Below, in pieces: positions 45,796-49,982 of a DNA stretch of 49,982 nucleotides. The notes under the pieces are model-generated. The model made no database searches. It was not told the DNA's origin and saw only the letters and a list, made by a program, of their open reading frames with translations. This DNA is from Acidimicrobiales bacterium (lineage in GTDB: Bacteria > Actinomycetota > Acidimicrobiia > Acidimicrobiales > AC-14). The translations under genes and the position numbers were made by a program. The stretch's first letter is position 1. Every line of letters starts with the position of its first letter. The stretch is from positions 1 to 49,982 of the forward strand of contig JBPCLE010000208.1 of NCBI GenBank assembly GCA_051003575.1, read 5' to 3'.

Positions 45796-45804
45796 CGTGA
45801 GCTG

Positions 45805-47481
45805 ATGCCCGACGAAACCTTGCGCGAGCTGGCCGAGGAGTTCTGGGAGACCCTGCTTGAGGCCAGCCCCAGCACCGCCACCCTGCTCGGCGACCACCGC
45901 TTCGACGACCGGCTGGAGGATCTCTCGGTGGAGGCCGAGCAGGCGCTCCGGGGGAGATGGGCCTCGCTGCGTGAACGGGTCGACGCAGTGCCCCGCGAGG
46001 GGTTGGACACCCAGGATCTGGTGACCTTCGGCCTCCTCAACGCCGAGCTTGACGACGCCATGGCCTCGATCGACCAGCGTCTGATCGAGTTGCAGTCCGA
46101 CCAGATGACCGGCTTCCACGTCGACCTGCTCCAGGCCGTGCCGGTCATGGCCGCCCCCGACGAGGCGTCGGCGAACATGCTGGTGGAGCGGTTCCGCCAG
46201 ATCCCCCGGGCACTGGCGCAGGCCGGCGAGCGCTTCCTGGCCGGCGCCGCCGCCGGCTGTACGCCGGCGGCGATCTGCGTGTCGCGCTCGGCGAACATGG
46301 TCGAGGGCTACCTGGCCTCGTCGCTCGACGACGACCCCTTCGCCAACGTTGGGGGCCCCGACGGTTGGGACCGGACCGAGCTGCGGCGGGTGGTGGAGGA
46401 GGAGGTGCGGCCGGCGTACCGGCGCATGGCCGACCTGCTGACGGACCGGCTCCTGCCCGTCGCCCGCGACGACGACCATTGCGGGCTGTCGTGGCTGGGC
46501 GACGACGGGGCGGCGATCTACGCCACCCTCGTCTCCCGCCACACCACCCTGGATCTGCCGGCGGAGGAGATCCACGCCATCGGCATGGCCGAGGTCACCG
46601 AGCGGCTGCCGGCGGAGTACGCCGAGGTGGGCGGGCGGATGTTCGGCATCACCGACCCCGCCGCGGTGCTCGACCGCCTTCGCACCGATCCGGCGCTGCG
46701 GTACTCCGCCGGCGAGGAGATCATGGCCGATGCCCGCGAGGCGTTCCTGGCCGCCAAGGCGCGCATGGGTGACTGGTTCGGCCGGCTTCCCCAGTCGGAC
46801 TGTGCCATCGAGGAGGTGCCGGCGTTCCTGGCCCCGGACTCACCGAGCGCCTACTACTTCCCGCCGGCTGGCGACGGCTCCCGCGGCGGCACGTACTACG
46901 TCAACACCCACGCCCCCGAGGACAAGGCCCGCTACGAGACGGCCTCGATCGCATTCCACGAGGCCATCCCCGGCCACCACCTCCAGCTCGCCATCGCCAC
47001 CGAGCTGACCGGCGTGCCCCGCTTCCGGCGGTTCTCGTTGACCAACACCGCCTATGTCGAGGGCTGGGGCCTGTACTCCGAGCGTCTGGCCGAGGACATG
47101 GGCCTCTACCGCAACGACCTCGACCGCCTGGGCATGTTGGCCGCCGACTCCATGCGGGCCTGCCGGCTGGTGGTCGACACCGGTCTGCATGCCCTGGGCT
47201 GGACTCGCCAGCAGGCCATCGACTTCATGGCCGCCAACATGCCGGTATCGGTGGAGGAGGTCACCGTCGAGGTCGACCGCTACATCGGGATGCCGGGCCA
47301 GGCCCTGGCCTACAAGCTCGGCCAGCGCGAGATCCTGCGCCTGCGGGAGTGGTCGCGCGCTGAGCTCGGCGACCGTTTCGACATCCGGGGCTTCCACGAC
47401 GCCGTCCTCACCTCGGGCGCCGTACGCCTGCCGATCCTCGCCGAGCTGGTCGGCGCCTGGGTGGATTCCGTCCCTGCGTAG
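45805..47481 (+). CDS. DUF885-family protein (metallopeptidase-like)
   Basis: 558 aa. 'AYYFPP', '[11 protein letters not shown]', 'EGWGLYSE' and 'RY...PGQALAYK.G' are typical of DUF885. Confidence 0.8.
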   Translation: MPDETLRELAEEFWETLLEASPSTATLLGDHRFDDRLEDLSVEAEQALRGRWASLRERVDAVPREGLDTQDLVTFGLLNAELDDAMASIDQRLIELQSDQMTGFHVDLLQAVPVMAAPDEASANMLVERFRQIPRALAQAGERFLAGAAAGCTPAAICVSRSANMVEGYLASSLDDDPFANVGGPDGWDRTELRRVVEEEVRPAYRRMADLLTDRLLPVARDDDHCGLSWLGDDGAAIYATLVSRHTTLDLPAEEIHAIGMAEVTERLPAEYAEVGGRMFGITDPAAVLDRLRTDPALRYSAGEEIMADAREAFLAAKARMGDWFGRLPQSDCAIEEVPAFLAPDSPSAYYFPPAGDGSRGGTYYVNTHAPEDKARYETASIAFHEAIPGHHLQLAIATELTGVPRFRRFSLTNTAYVEGWGLYSERLAEDMGLYRNDLDRLGMLAADSMRACRLVVDTGLHALGWTRQQAIDFMAANMPVSVEEVTVEVDRYIGMPGQALAYKLGQREILRLREWSRAELGDRFDIRGFHDAVLTSGAVRLPILAELVGAWVDSVPA

Positions 47482-47513
47482 GCCGGTTGTGCCCACGCCG
47501 TAGGCTCAACTTC

Positions 47514-48710
<1,197 letters not shown>

Positions 48711-48725
48711 CCCCCCTCGCCCGCA

Positions 48726-48769
48726 CTGGTGACGATCGAACACGCTCTGGCGTGTCGAACCGTCACCAG
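48726..48769 (+). terminator. Imperfect hairpin downstream of icd
   Basis: 'ctggtgac' (48726-48733) pairs with 'gtcaccag' (48762-48769). An inner 'acacgc'/'gcgtgt' stem is present, flanked by C-run and G-run sequence. No U-tract. Confidence 0.45.
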
Positions 48770-48783
48770 TTGGGGGTGGGGGG

Positions 48784-49716
48784 GTGAAGGTCTCCATCGC
48801 CGGCGCCGGCTTCTACGGGTCGACCCTGGCCCAGCGGGTGGCCGAGGGCGGCTACGCGGAAGAGGTCGTGCTCACCGACATCGTGGAGGGCAAGCCCCAG
48901 GGCCTGGCGCTGGACCTGATGCAGAGCCGCCCGCTCGCCGCGTTCCAGACGCGGGTTACCGGCACCAACGGCTACGCCGAGACCGCCGGCTCCGACATCT
49001 GCGTGATCACTGCCGGCATGCCCCGCAAGCCGGGGATGAGCCGGATGGACCTGTTGGAGACCAACGCCCGGATCGTGGGCGACGTCACCGCCAAGCTGGT
49101 GGCTGCCTCGCCGGAGGCGGTGCTGATTGTGGTGTCCAACCCGCTCGACGAGATGACTGCCCTGGCCGCGGCCGTATCCGGGCTGCCGAAGCAACGGGTC
49201 ATGGGCCAGGCCGGGCTCCTCGATTCGGCCCGTATGCGCCATTTCGTGGCCGAGGCGTTGGGGGTGTCCACCGACACCGTCGAAGCCATCACCCTCGGCT
49301 CCCACGGCGACACCATGGTGCCCGTCCCCTCGCTGGCCACGGTGGGCGGGCAGCCGTTGACCGAGGTGCTCGACGCCGGCGCCATCAACGAGATCGTGCG
49401 CCGCACACGGGACGGCGGGGCGGAGGTCGTCGCCCTGCTCAAGACCGGTTCGGCCTACTTTGCCCCCGCGGCGGCGGCGGAGACGATGGTGCGCGCCGTG
49501 GCCGACAACACCAACGAGATCTACCCGGTGAGCGCCTGGGTCGACGGCGCGTACGGGATCTCGGGCGTGTACGTGGGTGTGCCTGCCAAGCTGGGACGCG
49601 ACGGCGTCACCGAGGTCGTCGAGCTGGACCTGGCCGGCGAGGAGCTGGACGCGCTGCGGACCGCGGCCGAGGCGGTGCGGGCCAAGCAGGCCGAGGTGCT
49701 CGGGCTACTGCCCTGA
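48784..49716 (+). CDS. mdh: Malate dehydrogenase (LDH-like type)
   Basis: 'KVSIAGAGFYGSTLA' (Rossmann), 'ITAGMPRKPGMSRMDLL' and 'GSHGDTMVP'. GTG start. Confidence 0.93.
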   Translation: MKVSIAGAGFYGSTLAQRVAEGGYAEEVVLTDIVEGKPQGLALDLMQSRPLAAFQTRVTGTNGYAETAGSDICVITAGMPRKPGMSRMDLLETNARIVGDVTAKLVAASPEAVLIVVSNPLDEMTALAAAVSGLPKQRVMGQAGLLDSARMRHFVAEALGVSTDTVEAITLGSHGDTMVPVPSLATVGGQPLTEVLDAGAINEIVRRTRDGGAEVVALLKTGSAYFAPAAAAETMVRAVADNTNEIYPVSAWVDGAYGISGVYVGVPAKLGRDGVTEVVELDLAGEELDALRTAAEAVRAKQAEVLGLLP

Positions 49717-49982
49717 ACGGTCTCGCGACCGCAGCATGACCATGAGCGGGGCCATCACGAATCCCACGCCCGACAACGGCACCAGCACCATGGAGAAGGT
49801 CCGCAGCCCGGTGGTGCCGGTCATGACGCTCAGGAAGAACAGGCCCACCGCGCTGATCGCCATGAGCACCGGGGTCATCACGAGCATGTCCGACGGCCGG
49901 CGCTCGCCGGGGGCGTAGGGCTCGTCGCTGAGATCCTCGGGGTCTTCGTCGTCGTAATAGAGCGGCTGCCAGCCATCTCCCG
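49705..49982 (-). CDS. C-terminal part of a membrane protein; the gene continues beyond the window end
   Basis: The reading frame is open to the window edge: '...GDGWQPLYYDDEDPEDLSDEPYAPGERRPSDMLVMTPVLMAISAVGLFFLSVM...'. Two C-terminal TM helices. Confidence 0.5.
   Translation of the reverse strand, partial: GDGWQPLYYDDEDPEDLSDEPYAPGERRPSDMLVMTPVLMAISAVGLFFLSVMTGTTGLRTFSMVLVPLSGVGFVMAPLMVMLRSRDRSGQ

Overview
High-GC (roughly 70%) chromosomal segment with Actinomycetota hallmarks: WhiB, a GuaB3-type IMPDH paralog, DUF3039, and a CIRCE-controlled groES-groEL. It is densely coding on both strands. Core content: family-4 uracil-DNA glycosylase; the t6A operon tsaE-tsaB-rimI-tsaD; groES-groEL behind a perfect CIRCE operator; a ferredoxin; guaB3-like and guaA; pcrA; a NarL-type two-component pair with a translationally coupled orphan solute-binding protein; sucCD; two GH13 enzymes; an LpqC/PHB-depolymerase-type esterase; whiB; purN-purH-folD-metF; icd; mdh. 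Three accessory regions stand out. (i) A 7.6-kb block lies between guaB3 and guaA. It carries a tightly coupled three-gene operon (two proteins I cannot assign, plus a ParA/MinD-like 'KGGTGR' ATPase fused to ten 46-aa TPR-like repeats), two tandem paralogous mini membrane proteins, an AbiEi-like/Fic protein and a secreted SNase-Excalibur nuclease. (ii) An XRE-HTH/minimal nucleotidyltransferase TA-like pair sits between guaA and pcrA. (iii) A five-gene extracytoplasmic cluster encodes two C-terminally anchored BNR/Asp-box propellers, a two-domain multicopper oxidase, a YtkA/FixH-like protein and a sulfite-oxidase-family Mo enzyme. I saw no rRNA, tRNA, CRISPR array, transposase or integrase. Many long ORFs in the six-frame track are off-frame high-GC artefacts. 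All family calls rest on motif recognition by eye; no searches were run.
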